A DNA stretch of 64,000 bases from Burkholderiales bacterium (GCA_030684405.1 JAUXYA010000032.1:108992-172991); one strand, 5' to 3'. Counted from the stretch's first letter, positions 28,054-38,582 are shown. Translations and numbers: made by a program. The notes: generated by a model from the sequence alone, not told the origin.

Positions 28054-29441
28054 AACTCACCTTCCTCGGCGCCGCCGGCGAAGTCACCGGCTCGAGCTTC
28101 CTCGTTGAAACCGACGAGGTCTGCTTCCTCGTCGACTGCGGCATGTTCCAGGGCGGGCGCGACGCCGATCCGAAAAACTATGCGCGCTTCGCCTTCGCGC
28201 CGGAAGCCCTGGATTTCGTGCTGGTGACCCACGCTCATATCGACCATTCGGGCTTGCTGCCGCGGCTGGTCGCGCAGGGCTTCCGCGGCCCGATCCACAC
28301 CACGGCAGCCACCGCCGACCTGCTGAGCATCATGCTCGCGGACTCCGCGCATATCCAGCAACGGGAACAGGAGTGGCGCGATAAGGCGCGTGCGCGCAGC
28401 GCAGGGCGGCCGCCCCTGTACACCCTGCCCGAGGTCAACCGCACGCTGCGCCAGCTAAGCCCGATTGAGTACGACAGCGAGCTGCTTCCGCACCCGGCCG
28501 TGCGCTGCGTTTTTCGCGACGCCGGCCACATCATCGGCTCCGCAATCATCGAATTGTGGGTGCGCGACGGCAACCACACCCGCAAGCTGGTGTTCTCCGG
28601 CGACCTCGGACAACCCTGCCGGCCACTGCTGCGCGATCCAGAGCGCATCGCCGAGGCCGACGTGCTGATCGTGGAATCGACCTACGGCAACCGGCTGCAC
28701 AGGAGCATGGAGGACACACTCGCCGAACTCACGCACGCGGTAACCGACACGCTGCAGCACAAGAAAGGCAATGTCATCATCCCCGCCTTCGCCGTCGGCC
28801 GCACCCAGGAAATCCTCTACCTGCTGGTCGACCTATACCGTCAGGGACGGCTGCCCGAGATGGACATCTACATCGATTCACCGATGGCGTTGAAGGCGAC
28901 TGATATCACTGCAAAACACTGGGCGCTGCTCGACAAGGAAGCGGCGGCGCTGCTGCAGTGGATGAAAGGCCGGCACGGCAGGCCGCGAGTCCATTTCGTA
29001 CAGGACGTACTGGAATCCACCAATCTTCAGCGCATCAAACAGGGTGCGGTGATCATATCGGCGGCCGGCATGTGCAACGCCGGCCGCATCAAGCACCACC
29101 TGCGCCACAACCTCGGGCGCCGCGAGTGCAGCGTGATCATCGCCGGTTTCCAGGCCGCGGGCACTCTGGGCCGGCGCATTGTCGACGGCGCGAAGACCGT
29201 GCGCCTGTTCGGCATTCCGGTGCCAGTGAAGGCCGACATCTACACCATCGGCGGACTGTCCGCCCATGCCGATCAGGCCGCCCTGCTCGAGTGGCTGAAG
29301 CATTTCAAGCGACCGCCAAAACGCACCTTCGTCGTCCATGGCGAACAGGACACCGCGGAAATTTTCGCGACTGCAATCCGCGACCAGCTCGGTTGGGGTG
29401 GCATCGACATCCCCGCCATGCACAGCGCCGTCATCCTCTAA
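28050..29441 (+). CDS. beta-CASP family MBL-fold metallo-hydrolase (RNA-specificity domain; CPSF73/RNase J-like)
   Basis: 463 aa. LGAAGEVTGSSFLVE, the HxHxDH motif VTHAHIDHSG, the beta-CASP region, and C-terminal GGLSAHADQAALLEWL. Its ATG overlaps the previous stop (ATGA). Confidence 0.88.
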   Translation: MKLTFLGAAGEVTGSSFLVETDEVCFLVDCGMFQGGRDADPKNYARFAFAPEALDFVLVTHAHIDHSGLLPRLVAQGFRGPIHTTAATADLLSIMLADSAHIQQREQEWRDKARARSAGRPPLYTLPEVNRTLRQLSPIEYDSELLPHPAVRCVFRDAGHIIGSAIIELWVRDGNHTRKLVFSGDLGQPCRPLLRDPERIAEADVLIVESTYGNRLHRSMEDTLAELTHAVTDTLQHKKGNVIIPAFAVGRTQEILYLLVDLYRQGRLPEMDIYIDSPMALKATDITAKHWALLDKEAAALLQWMKGRHGRPRVHFVQDVLESTNLQRIKQGAVIISAAGMCNAGRIKHHLRHNLGRRECSVIIAGFQAAGTLGRRIVDGAKTVRLFGIPVPVKADIYTIGGLSAHADQAALLEWLKHFKRPPKRTFVVHGEQDTAEIFATAIRDQLGWGGIDIPAMHSAVIL

Positions 29442-29458
29442 GTCACAGTCAGGTCATC

Positions 29459-30934
29459 ATGCGTATCCGCCAAGCTCTTGCCGCACTGCTCATTGCGTTG
29501 CTCGCCGCCGTCGCCGGTGCGCAGCCCTCCTCCGCGCTGCCGGAGCCGGTGGCCCAGGCGCTGGCGCGGGCCGGCATCCCCGAGGCTGCGGTCGGCGTCT
29601 ATGTGCACGAGATTGGCGGCGACGCGGTACTCTCTGTCGGAGCGGAGCGCTCGCTGAATCCCGCATCGAGCATGAAAATCGTCACCACCTATGCCGGACT
29701 GGAACTGCTGGGGCCGGCATACACCTGGAACACCGAGGCGCTGGCCGACGGCACGCTGACCCAGGACAGCCTTCTCGGTAACCTGCACCTGAAAGGCGCC
29801 GGCGATCCGAAGTTGACGCTGGAGCATTTCTGGCTGCTGCTGCGCAACCTGCGCGCACGCGGCCTGCGCGACATCCGCGGCGACCTCGTGCTGGACCGCC
29901 GGCTGTTTGCCGATGAACCCCACGACCCGGCGGGTTTCGACGATCAGCCGACCCGCCCTTACAACACGGCGCCGAATGCATTGCTGGTCAACTTCAAGGC
30001 GGTCACCCTGCAATTCATCCCGGACGCGGCAACACGCACGGTGCGCATCATCGCTGAACCGCCACTGCCGCAGGTGCAGATTGCCAACAATCTGAAAGTG
30101 ATCGAGGGCGCCTGCGGCGACTGGCTGGGCCGGATGAAAATCGACGCCCAGGGCAACGCCGACTCGGCACGCCTCGCCTTCTCCGGCAGTTATGTTCTTG
30201 ATTGTGGCGAACGCCAGCGCAGTTTCAGCGTGCTCGGCCACCGCCAGTACGTCGGTGCATTGTTCACGCTGCTGTGGCGCGAGCTGGGCGGCAGCTTCAG
30301 CGGCCAAATCCGCGATGGCACGACCCCGGCCACGGCGCGTGTGCTGTCCACAGTCAGGTCGCAGTCGCTGTCGGAGATCGTGCGCGACGTCAACAAGTAC
30401 TCCAACAACGTGATGTCGCGGCAGCTTTTTCTCGCGCTCGGATTCAACGACGCCGGCGCCAGCACCACCAGCGCGGGCAATGCGGTCAAACAATGGCTGG
30501 CGCTGAAAGGCCTGTCCTTCCCCGAACTGGTTCTCGAGAACGGCTCCGGGCTCTCGCGCATCGAACGCATCAGCGCGCGCAACCTCGGCACCGTGCTGCT
30601 CAGCGCCTGGAACAGCGCGGTGATGCCGGAACTGATGGCCTCACTGCCGGTGGCAGCCGTCGACGGCACGATGCGGCGTCGCCTGAAAAGCGCAGAGATC
30701 GCGGGCCAGGCGCATATCAAGACCGGCTCGCTGTCAGGCGTGCGTTCGATCGCCGGCTACGTGCTCGACGCCCAAGGCAACCGCTCGGTGGTGGTGTTCA
30801 TGGTCAACCATGCCAATGCGGCGAACGCCCAGGCGGCAATGGATGCCTTGCTGCAATGGGTGCACAACCGCGACAGCTGTTGCGGCCGCCAGGAGAGGCG
30901 GCGGCAGCAGGGCAGGAAGCCGGCCGCGGGCTAG
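29459..30934 (+). CDS. dacB: D-alanyl-D-alanine carboxypeptidase/endopeptidase (PBP4)
   Basis: ATG at 29459 inside ORF 28958..30934. Signal peptide ALLIALLAAVAGAQP, active-site SMK in NPASSMKIVTTYAGLELLGP, and later KTGSL. Confidence 0.9.
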   Translation: MRIRQALAALLIALLAAVAGAQPSSALPEPVAQALARAGIPEAAVGVYVHEIGGDAVLSVGAERSLNPASSMKIVTTYAGLELLGPAYTWNTEALADGTLTQDSLLGNLHLKGAGDPKLTLEHFWLLLRNLRARGLRDIRGDLVLDRRLFADEPHDPAGFDDQPTRPYNTAPNALLVNFKAVTLQFIPDAATRTVRIIAEPPLPQVQIANNLKVIEGACGDWLGRMKIDAQGNADSARLAFSGSYVLDCGERQRSFSVLGHRQYVGALFTLLWRELGGSFSGQIRDGTTPATARVLSTVRSQSLSEIVRDVNKYSNNVMSRQLFLALGFNDAGASTTSAGNAVKQWLALKGLSFPELVLENGSGLSRIERISARNLGTVLLSAWNSAVMPELMASLPVAAVDGTMRRRLKSAEIAGQAHIKTGSLSGVRSIAGYVLDAQGNRSVVVFMVNHANAANAQAAMDALLQWVHNRDSCCGRQERRRQQGRKPAAG

Positions 30935-30936
30935 GG

Positions 30937-31728
30937 CTAGGGCACGCGCCTCGCGATCGCGAGGCCGTGGCGACTCATCCACAGCCGCGACAGCAGTTGT
31001 ACCACCCCGGCAGCAGCCAGCGCCCACAGGAAAGCCATGCCTATGATGTTGTCCGTCAGCGCCCACGCCAGCACCGCACAGAAAGTGCTGAAGGAATAGA
31101 AGCCGAGCACCATGCCGCGCAGCAGTTGCACGGTCGCTGCCGCGCCGGCGCTGCGATGGGTGAACAACACCAGCACCGTACCCATCACCGGAAACATCGC
31201 GAGAATGCCGCTCAGCGACGGCCCCAGTTGTGCAGCGGAGTAGGTCACTGCCAGCACCAGCAGAGCGCCAAGCAACATGCGCAGCAGCATGTCCCGCGGC
31301 GGTTTCGCCACCAACGCAGCGGCCGCATTCAGACGGGGATAAAAACGCGGCGCAATCCACAGCCCGAGCAGCACGCCGGCCGCCGCCGTCGACAACGTGG
31401 CATTCCACCATTCCAGCAGCAGCACGGCGAAGGCATAGCCGATATAAGCCAGCGGCAAGCTCAGCGGCCAGGGGAAACGCGTCGCCGCCCAGGCATAGCT
31501 CAAACCAAATGCGAGCATGCCCAGCACAGCCGACAACGTGCCCACCGCCGCCTGCGCAGCGAAGGCCGCGCCCTGCTCCAGCGCGATGAACCAGAGTATC
31601 GGTCCTGCGACAATCGGAAATGCCGACAGCCATCCCGCCACCGCCGGTCCCCAGCGCCGGCCGGCGAGGGTAACGCCCGCGATCAGCGCGGGTACCAGGA
31701 CCAGCTTCAGCAACAGGACGGTGTTCAA
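30937..31728 (-). CDS. polytopic integral membrane protein of unknown function
   Basis: 263 aa, almost entirely hydrophobic with about 8 predicted helices. It is convergent with dacB. I recognise no family motif. Confidence 0.6.
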   Translation of the reverse strand: MNTVLLLKLVLVPALIAGVTLAGRRWGPAVAGWLSAFPIVAGPILWFIALEQGAAFAAQAAVGTLSAVLGMLAFGLSYAWAATRFPWPLSLPLAYIGYAFAVLLLEWWNATLSTAAAGVLLGLWIAPRFYPRLNAAAALVAKPPRDMLLRMLLGALLVLAVTYSAAQLGPSLSGILAMFPVMGTVLVLFTHRSAGAAATVQLLRGMVLGFYSFSTFCAVLAWALTDNIIGMAFLWALAAAGVVQLLSRLWMSRHGLAIARRVP

Positions 31729-31828
31729 GGCGGGCTTTCAGTATTCGGGGGAATCGGCGCCACAACCCGTTCCACTTACCAAAAAAATATCAATAAAAAC
31801 AAATATTTATAGCCATTCTACTGCTGTG

Positions 31829-33292
31829 CTACAACCCCAGCCTCGCCCACAGCACATCGACGCGTTTCTTCACCTCATCACTCATCGCGATCGGCGTGCC
31901 CCACTCGCGATTCGTTTCCGCCGGCCATTTGTTGGTCGCGTCGATGCCCATTTTCGAGCCGAGGCCGGCGACCGGGCTGGCGAAATCGAGATAGTCGATC
32001 GGTGTCGCGTCGGCGATCAGCGTGTCGCGTTTCGGATCGACACGCGTGGTCATCGCCCAGATCACTTCCTTCCAGTCGCGCACGTTGACATCATCGTCGG
32101 TGACGATGATGAACTTGGTGTACATGAACTGGCGCAGGAAACTCCAGATGCCGAACATCACGCGCTTGGCATGCCCCGGATACTGTTTCTTGATGCTGAC
32201 GCAGGCGACGCGGTAGGAGCAGCCTTCCGGCGGCAGATAGAAATCGACGATTTCCGGAAACTGCTTCACCAGCAGCGGCACAAAGACTTCGTTGAGCGCC
32301 TCACCCAGCACCGCCGGCTCATCCGGTGGTTTGCCAGTGTAGGTCGAGTGATAGATCGCATCGCGGCGCAGCGTAATGCGCTCAATGGTGAACACCGGAA
32401 ATTTTTCCTGCTCGTTGTAATAGCCGGTGTGGTCACCGAAAGGTCCTTCGAGCGCGATCTCGCCAGGATGAATATGGCCTTCGAGTACGATTTCGGCGCG
32501 CGCCGGCACCTGCAGGTCGTGGCTGAGGCATTGCGCAATTTCGGTTTTTTCACCGCGCAGCAGGCCGGCAAACTGGTACTCGGACAGCGAATCCGGCACC
32601 GGCGTCACTGCGCCGAGCATGGTCGCCGGGTCAGCGCCCAACGCCACCGCCACGGGAAAAGGATCGCGCGGATGCGCGAGGCAATGATCGCGGTAATCGA
32701 GCGCGCCGCCGCGATGGGCGAGCCAGCGCATGATGAGTTTGTTTCTGCCGATCACCTGCTGCCGGTAGATGCCGAGGTTCTGCCGCGTTTTGTTCGGGCC
32801 GCGCGTGACCGTCAGGCCCCAGGTGACCAGCGGACCCACGTCGCCGGGCCAGCAGGTCTGCACCGGCAGCCGCGCAAGATCGACGTCATCGCCCTCCCAC
32901 AGCTGTTCCTGGCAGACGGGAGTGCGCACCAGTTTCGGCGACATCGACAGCACCTGCCGCAGCAGCGGCAGCTTGTTCCAGGCGTCCTTCAACCCCTTTG
33001 GCGGTTCGGGTTCTTTCAGTTGCGCCAGCAGCTGGCCCAGCTCACGCAGCGCAGCGACCGAGTCGCGGCCCATGCCGCGGGCGACGCGCTGCGGCGTGCC
33101 AAAGAGGTTGCCGAGCACCGGCATCGTGTGACCCTTCGGTTTCTCGAACAGCAATGCCGGGCCGCCGGCCTTCAGCACGCGATCGCAGATCTCGGTCATT
33201 TCCAGCTTCGGATCGACCTCGACGCCAATACGCTTCAGATCGCCGTCACGCTCGAGGCCGGCGATAAAGTCGCGCAGGTCACGGTAGCTCAT
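31829..33292 (-). CDS. ubiD: 4-hydroxy-3-polyprenylbenzoate decarboxylase
   Basis: ATG at 33292 gives [54 protein letters not shown], the UbiD signature. It overlaps the ubiA stop (ATGA). Confidence 0.93.
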   Translation of the reverse strand: MSYRDLRDFIAGLERDGDLKRIGVEVDPKLEMTEICDRVLKAGGPALLFEKPKGHTMPVLGNLFGTPQRVARGMGRDSVAALRELGQLLAQLKEPEPPKGLKDAWNKLPLLRQVLSMSPKLVRTPVCQEQLWEGDDVDLARLPVQTCWPGDVGPLVTWGLTVTRGPNKTRQNLGIYRQQVIGRNKLIMRWLAHRGGALDYRDHCLAHPRDPFPVAVALGADPATMLGAVTPVPDSLSEYQFAGLLRGEKTEIAQCLSHDLQVPARAEIVLEGHIHPGEIALEGPFGDHTGYYNEQEKFPVFTIERITLRRDAIYHSTYTGKPPDEPAVLGEALNEVFVPLLVKQFPEIVDFYLPPEGCSYRVACVSIKKQYPGHAKRVMFGIWSFLRQFMYTKFIIVTDDDVNVRDWKEVIWAMTTRVDPKRDTLIADATPIDYLDFASPVAGLGSKMGIDATNKWPAETNREWGTPIAMSDEVKKRVDVLWARLGL

Positions 33293-34173
33293 CGCAGCAC
33301 CCGCAGTTTCAACGCAAGGTCGGCGGCAAGTCCGATGAAAATCACGCAACCCACCCAGTTGTTGTGGAGGAAGGCCTTGAAGCAGCCTTCGCGCGTCCGC
33401 GTGCGGATTAGGCCGTACTGATAAATCACCAGTCCTGCGGCAATACCCAGCCCGCAGAAATAGAGGATGTCGCGCATCTGCCACCAGCCGATCCAGGCCA
33501 TCAGGCCGAGGAAGGCTGCATGGCAGGCCATCACCGCAACAACGTCGTAATGGCCGAACAAGATCGCCGAAGACTTGACGCCGATCCTGCGGTCGTCATC
33601 GCGGTCGACCATCGCGTAAGCGGTATCGTAGGCGATCGCCCAGAACATCGTCGCCAGCACCAGCCACCACGCCACCTTGGGCAGCGCGTTCCATTCCGCG
33701 GCATAGGCCATCGGGATGCCAAATCCGAAGGCGAGACCCAGCCAGGCCTGGGGCAGCGGAAACACGCGCTTGACGAAGGGATAGATCACGGCAAGCGCCG
33801 CCGCGGCAAAAGCAAGCTTGATGGTCAGCGGATTAAGCAGCAGCACCAGGCCGAAAGCCAGCAGCAGCAGCATGCCTGCCAGTGCCAGCGCCTCCTTCGG
33901 CGCAATCACGCCGGCAGCCAGCGGCCGGTTGCGGGTGCGCTCGACATGAGGATCGAAGTTGCGGTCGGCATAATCGTTGATCACACAGCCTGCGGAACGC
34001 ATCAACACCGTGCCGGTGATGAAAATCAGCAGGATGTCGGGTTGCGGCAGGCCACCGGCTGCAAACCACAGCCCCCACAGTGTCGGCCACAGCAGCAGCA
34101 GAATGCCGATGGGCTTGTCGAGCCGCATCAGCTGTTCGTAGGCGTTCAGTCGCTGCTTGAGCGTCAGGGTCAC
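33289..34173 (-). CDS. ubiA: 4-hydroxybenzoate polyprenyltransferase
   Basis: GTG at 34173 overlaps the ubiC stop (GTGA). [32 protein letters not shown] and [21 protein letters not shown] carry the UbiA Asp-rich motifs. Confidence 0.92.
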   Translation of the reverse strand: MTLTLKQRLNAYEQLMRLDKPIGILLLLWPTLWGLWFAAGGLPQPDILLIFITGTVLMRSAGCVINDYADRNFDPHVERTRNRPLAAGVIAPKEALALAGMLLLLAFGLVLLLNPLTIKLAFAAAALAVIYPFVKRVFPLPQAWLGLAFGFGIPMAYAAEWNALPKVAWWLVLATMFWAIAYDTAYAMVDRDDDRRIGVKSSAILFGHYDVVAVMACHAAFLGLMAWIGWWQMRDILYFCGLGIAAGLVIYQYGLIRTRTREGCFKAFLHNNWVGCVIFIGLAADLALKLRVLR

Positions 34174-34703
34174 AGGTCGAGTACCGCGGGCAGGAACACT
34201 TCGCTGACCAGTATAGGCGATTTGCCTGCGGCAAAAATCGAGCGCCGGGCCCACAACGCAGCCGGCGGGCGCTTCAGATGTGCCGCGGCGCGGCGGTACA
34301 AGGAATGGGCAGCGCCAAGTTTTTTCTGGCGCAGCGGAAAACGCGCGATGCGCGGATCGGCGAACAGCGCCGCGCCCAGAGGGCGGTTGCCGAGTACGGC
34401 GACGCCGCGCCAGGCGCCGCGCAGCGCTGCGGGATCAAACACCGTGTGCGCGAACACCAGCGGCGTCGCGCCGCGCAGCAACAGCACCTCGCGCACCATC
34501 ACCCGTGCGCTGCGCGACGGAAACAGGAAGTCCTCGTCCGGGTTAGGGCGGCGCAAGCCCTGAAACAGCACCCTCACCGTGATCCTGCCGGCATGGCGTT
34601 CCAACTGTGCAGTCAGCGAACCGCGATCAGTCAGCCAGCGGCGCAGCGGGCCGGCGGCGACGGGCGCGGGACACCAGCAGTGATCTTGAGGAATGGTTTT
34701 CAC
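34170..34703 (-). CDS. ubiC: chorismate pyruvate-lyase
   Basis: 177 aa. LRRWLTDRGSLTAQLE...VMVREVLLL...PLVFAHTV...LGNRPLGAALF fits the UbiC family, and the gene sits directly upstream of ubiA. Confidence 0.8.
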   Translation of the reverse strand: MKTIPQDHCWCPAPVAAGPLRRWLTDRGSLTAQLERHAGRITVRVLFQGLRRPNPDEDFLFPSRSARVMVREVLLLRGATPLVFAHTVFDPAALRGAWRGVAVLGNRPLGAALFADPRIARFPLRQKKLGAAHSLYRRAAAHLKRPPAALWARRSIFAAGKSPILVSEVFLPAVLDL

Positions 34704-34856
34704 GACGGCTTTTTTCGGGGGATTATCGCATCACGCGGATTCTGCAACGAAGCCTGCAGCCCGCATGGAACGCAGTGCAATGCGGGGCATGAATGCCCCA
34801 CCCCGCAATACGCTGCGCTTCTTGCGGGCTACGGTTCTGCACTCGTGAACTGGGCT

Positions 34857-36959
34857 TCAAACCTTCAGATACTCGTTTCGCCCGCCGAGCCAGCGCGCGA
34901 GATGCGCCTTTGCCGCCTCCGGCTGTTCGCGCAACAATTGCTCGGCTGCATCACGCGCGGCATCGAGCAGGTCGAGATCGACCGCGAGATCGGCAAAGCG
35001 CAACATCGGAACACCGCTCTGCCGCGAGCCGAGCAGTTCGCCGGGACCGCGCAGGTTAAGGTCCTGGCGCGCGATCTCGAAACCGTCGGTCTGTCCGTAG
35101 ATCACCTTCAGCCGCTCCTTCGCCAGCGGCGATAGCGGCGCCTGATAGAGCAGCACGCAGGTACTCTCGGCGGCGCCGCGACCGACACGGCCGCGCAACT
35201 GGTGCAGCTGCGAGAGTCCCATGCGTTCGGCATGTTCGATGACCATCAGCGAGGCATTGGGCACATCGACGCCGACTTCGATCACCGTCGTCGCCACCAG
35301 CAACTGCACATCGCCAGCCTTGAACGCGGCCATCACATCCTGTTTTTCAGCGGCCTTCATGCGGCCGTGCACCAGACCGACACGCAGCTCGGGAAAGGTC
35401 TGCTGCAGATGGGCATGAGTGTCGAGCGCGGTTTGCAACTGTAATTTTTCAGATTCTTCGATAAGCGGGCAAACCCAATACGCCTGGCGCCCGGCGATGC
35501 AGGCGTCGCGCACGCGTTGAATCACCTCGTCGCGGCGTTCTTCGGCCACCAGCCGTGTCACCACCGGCGTGCGCCCCGGCGGCAGTTCATCGATCACCGA
35601 CACATCGAGGTCGGCGTAGTAACTCATCGCCAGCGTGCGCGGGATAGGCGTCGCACTCATCATCAGTTGATGCGGCTGCAGGCCTTTCGTCGACTGCGTG
35701 CCCTTCTGGCGCAACGCGAGCCGTTGATGGACACCAAAGCGGTGCTGCTCGTCAATGATTGCCAGTCCCAGTTTTTTGAACACCACAGCATCCTCGAACA
35801 AGGCATGGGTGCCGACGACAACTTGTGCGTTACCCCCGGACACATTCATAAGTTGTTGTTTTTTAATACTATTTTTTATTCCACCAGAGAGCCAAGCCAC
35901 ACCCACGCCGAGCGGCTCGAGCCAGTCGGCAAACTTGCGGTAATGCTGTTCGGCGAGAATTTCAGTAGGCGCCATCACCGCCGCCTGATAACCGTTTTCG
36001 ACGCATTGCAGCGCGGCGAGCGCAGCCACAACGGTCTTGCCGCTACCAACGTCGCCCTGCAGCAGGCGCTGCATCGGATGCGCCTGGCCAAGATCATTAC
36101 GGATCTGCGCGAGCACCGTGTTCTGCGCACGCGTCAGCCGGAACGACAGTCGCTTGAGCAGTGCGTCGACCAGTTGTCCGCGTGCGGCAAGCACCGGCGC
36201 GCCAGCGGCGCGGCGACGGCGGTAATGCACGCGCATCGATAGCTGCTGCGCCAGCAACTCGTCGAACTTCATGCGCCGCCACGCCGGGTGCACGCGGCCC
36301 TGCAGCGCGGCCTGGGCAACATCCGGCGGCGGGTTATGCAGCAGGCGCACCGCGGATTCAAAGGGTGGCAGGCCCAGCGCGTCGAGCAAGGGCTGCGGCA
36401 GCGTTTCGGCCAGGGACTCGTCGGCGAGCACACGCGCGATCATCCGCCGCAAGCTGTCCTGACCAAGCCCGGCTGTGGTCGGATACACCGGCGTCAGGGC
36501 TTCGGCCACCGGCGCTTCGGCATCGATCACGCGGTAGCGCGGGTGGATCATCTCGGGGCCGAAGTGGCCGAGGCGCAGGGCGCCATAAACACGCACATGA
36601 TTGCCGACCGCCAAGGTCTTCACCTGGCTGCCGTAGAAATTGAGGAAACGCAGCGTCAGCTCACCGCTGCCATCGCTGATGCGGCAGACCAGTTGGCGCT
36701 TCGGCCGGTACTTGATGTCGCAATCAACAACCTCACCCTGTGCCAGCGTTTCCGCGCCGGGCATGATTTCGCCCAGCGGACACAAGCGCGTTTCGTCGTC
36801 GTAACGCAGCGGCAAGTGCAGCACGAGATCGAAGCGGCGGTGAATACCCAGCTTCGTCAGTTTGTCGGCGGTGGCGACTCCGATGCCGGGCAGCGCCGGT
36901 TTTGCGGCGGTGGCCGGGCGGCGCGGACGTGCCGCGGGTTTGTGTCCCTCAGCCGCCAC
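34857..36959 (-). CDS. recG: ATP-dependent DNA helicase RecG
   Basis: 700 aa. Wedge domain, helicase motifs LLQGDVGSGKTVVA and DEQHRFGV, and the C-terminal GPGELLGSRQSG TRG motif. Confidence 0.97.
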   Translation of the reverse strand: MAAEGHKPAARPRRPATAAKPALPGIGVATADKLTKLGIHRRFDLVLHLPLRYDDETRLCPLGEIMPGAETLAQGEVVDCDIKYRPKRQLVCRISDGSGELTLRFLNFYGSQVKTLAVGNHVRVYGALRLGHFGPEMIHPRYRVIDAEAPVAEALTPVYPTTAGLGQDSLRRMIARVLADESLAETLPQPLLDALGLPPFESAVRLLHNPPPDVAQAALQGRVHPAWRRMKFDELLAQQLSMRVHYRRRRAAGAPVLAARGQLVDALLKRLSFRLTRAQNTVLAQIRNDLGQAHPMQRLLQGDVGSGKTVVAALAALQCVENGYQAAVMAPTEILAEQHYRKFADWLEPLGVGVAWLSGGIKNSIKKQQLMNVSGGNAQVVVGTHALFEDAVVFKKLGLAIIDEQHRFGVHQRLALRQKGTQSTKGLQPHQLMMSATPIPRTLAMSYYADLDVSVIDELPPGRTPVVTRLVAEERRDEVIQRVRDACIAGRQAYWVCPLIEESEKLQLQTALDTHAHLQQTFPELRVGLVHGRMKAAEKQDVMAAFKAGDVQLLVATTVIEVGVDVPNASLMVIEHAERMGLSQLHQLRGRVGRGAAESTCVLLYQAPLSPLAKERLKVIYGQTDGFEIARQDLNLRGPGELLGSRQSGVPMLRFADLAVDLDLLDAARDAAEQLLREQPEAAKAHLARWLGGRNEYLKV

Positions 36960-36971
36960 GCGGGCGCACCC

Positions 36972-37352
36972 TCAGCCGAGCTGCATCACGGCATCAACTT
37001 CGACCAGCGCATTGCGCGGCAGGCTGGCAACGCCGAGCGCGGCACGCGCCGGATAAGGCTCACGGAAGTACGTCGCCATTATTTCATTGACCTTGGCGAA
37101 ATGGCCGAGGTCGGTCAGGTAGACATTAACCTTGACGCAGTCATCAAGACTGCCGCCAGCCGCCGTGGCCACGGCCTTCAGATTGTCGAACACGCGGCGG
37201 ATCTGCGCGTCGATGCCCTCGACCATCTGCATGGACGCCGGATCGAGGCCGATCTGTCCCGACAGATAGACCGTGTCATCACAGCGCACGGCCTGGGAAT
37301 AGGTGCCGATCGCCTGCGGCGCGGCTGTCGTGTGTACCGGCTGTCTTGTCAT
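36972..37352 (-). CDS. ridA: RidA family reactive-intermediate deaminase (YjgF/L-PSP)
   Basis: 126 aa. [12 protein letters not shown]...[11 protein letters not shown]...[10 protein letters not shown]...[22 protein letters not shown]. Confidence 0.92.
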   Translation of the reverse strand: MTRQPVHTTAAPQAIGTYSQAVRCDDTVYLSGQIGLDPASMQMVEGIDAQIRRVFDNLKAVATAAGGSLDDCVKVNVYLTDLGHFAKVNEIMATYFREPYPARAALGVASLPRNALVEVDAVMQLG

Positions 37353-37430
37353 CCTGGCTCCAGCATTGTTGTTGCGGCAAATACGCTATCTTGAGGTGCA
37401 TCACCGCGAATTTCAATGCGGACCATCCGG

Positions 37431-38582
37431 TCAGGACGGCAGGTTCAGCACATACTTGGCGAGGATATTGCGCTGGATCTCGTTGGAGCCGCCGTAGATC
37501 GTGCCGGGACGTGAGTTATAGAATGGCGAGAGCACGTCGATCTCCTCGTCACCGATCGCCACTTCGCCCTCGACCGCCCCATATTCGCCAGCGGCCTCGA
37601 TCAGCAACTCGGACAGGCGCTGGTAGGTATCCATCGACCAGACCTTGAGCATGGACACATCGGGCCCCAGCGCTTCACCGCGGCGCACCTTGTCGACGAA
37701 ACGACGGTAGAGCGAACCGAGGTCGGCGAGGTCGAGCTGCAACTGGGTCAGGCGCTCGACGAAGGCCGGATCGGACAACAGGCCGCGCGCCTGTGCCAGC
37801 GTTTCGAGCTTCTCCATCGCCTGCAGCGGCCGCCGCGGGCTGCCTATGTTCAGGCGCTCGAAGCCGAGCAGGCCCTTGGCAATGGTCCAGCCCTTGTGCA
37901 GTTCGCCGACCAGATTGTGTTTCGGCGTGCGCACGTTGTCGAAGAACACCTGACAGAACTCTTCGTGCCCGGCGATGTTGCGGATGGTGCGCAGTGTGAT
38001 GCCCGGCGTCTTCATGTCGACCAGGAAGAAGCTGATGCCTTCCTGCTTCTTCTTCGCCTGCTTGTCGGTTCGCGCCAGCACGTAGATGTGCGTCGCGTCA
38101 TGCGCCATCGAGGTCCAGATCTTGCTGCCATTGATGACGTAGTCGTCGCCATCGGCCACCGCCTCGGTGCGCAGGCTGGCAAGATCGGAGCCGGCATTGG
38201 GTTCAGAATAGCCTTGGCACCAGATCGCCTCGCCGGCAATGATTTTTGGCAGGAAAAACGTGCGTTGCGCATCGTTGCCGAAGCGGATCAGCGTCGGTCC
38301 GACCATGGTCAGCCCCTGGTCCGGCATGCGGCCGACACCGGCGCGTTCGGTTTCTTCGTAATAGATCAGCAGCTTGGTCGGCGTGAGGCCCATGCCGCCG
38401 TGCTCGCGCGGCCAATTCGGCGCAATCCAGCCTTTCTTCGACAGCTTGCGGTACCAGTCCCGGCACTCGTGCCAGCGCATGCGTCGCGCCAGAAACTTGT
38501 ATTCCTCCGGAAATTCATTCTCGAAAAATGCGCGGACTTCCTTGCGGAAATCCTCGTCGCTCATCGTGTTCCAGTCGGTCAT
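37431..38582 (-). CDS. acyl-CoA dehydrogenase family protein
   Basis: ATG at 38582 overlaps the upstream ACAD stop (ATGA). WIAPNWPREHGGMGL, CQGYSEPNAGSDLASL and the C-terminal IYGGSNEIQRNILAK are ACAD motifs. Confidence 0.9.
   Translation of the reverse strand: MTDWNTMSDEDFRKEVRAFFENEFPEEYKFLARRMRWHECRDWYRKLSKKGWIAPNWPREHGGMGLTPTKLLIYYEETERAGVGRMPDQGLTMVGPTLIRFGNDAQRTFFLPKIIAGEAIWCQGYSEPNAGSDLASLRTEAVADGDDYVINGSKIWTSMAHDATHIYVLARTDKQAKKKQEGISFFLVDMKTPGITLRTIRNIAGHEEFCQVFFDNVRTPKHNLVGELHKGWTIAKGLLGFERLNIGSPRRPLQAMEKLETLAQARGLLSDPAFVERLTQLQLDLADLGSLYRRFVDKVRRGEALGPDVSMLKVWSMDTYQRLSELLIEAAGEYGAVEGEVAIGDEEIDVLSPFYNSRPGTIYGGSNEIQRNILAKYVLNLPS

Noticed and set aside
30202-33421. Long ORFs 30202..31812 (+, 536 aa), 30734..31765 (-, 343 aa) and 31517..33421 (+, 634 aa).
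   Set aside because: Their composition is extremely Arg/Pro/Gln/His-rich. They overlap well-supported genes (dacB, the polytopic membrane protein, ubiD) in alternative frames, so they are spurious.
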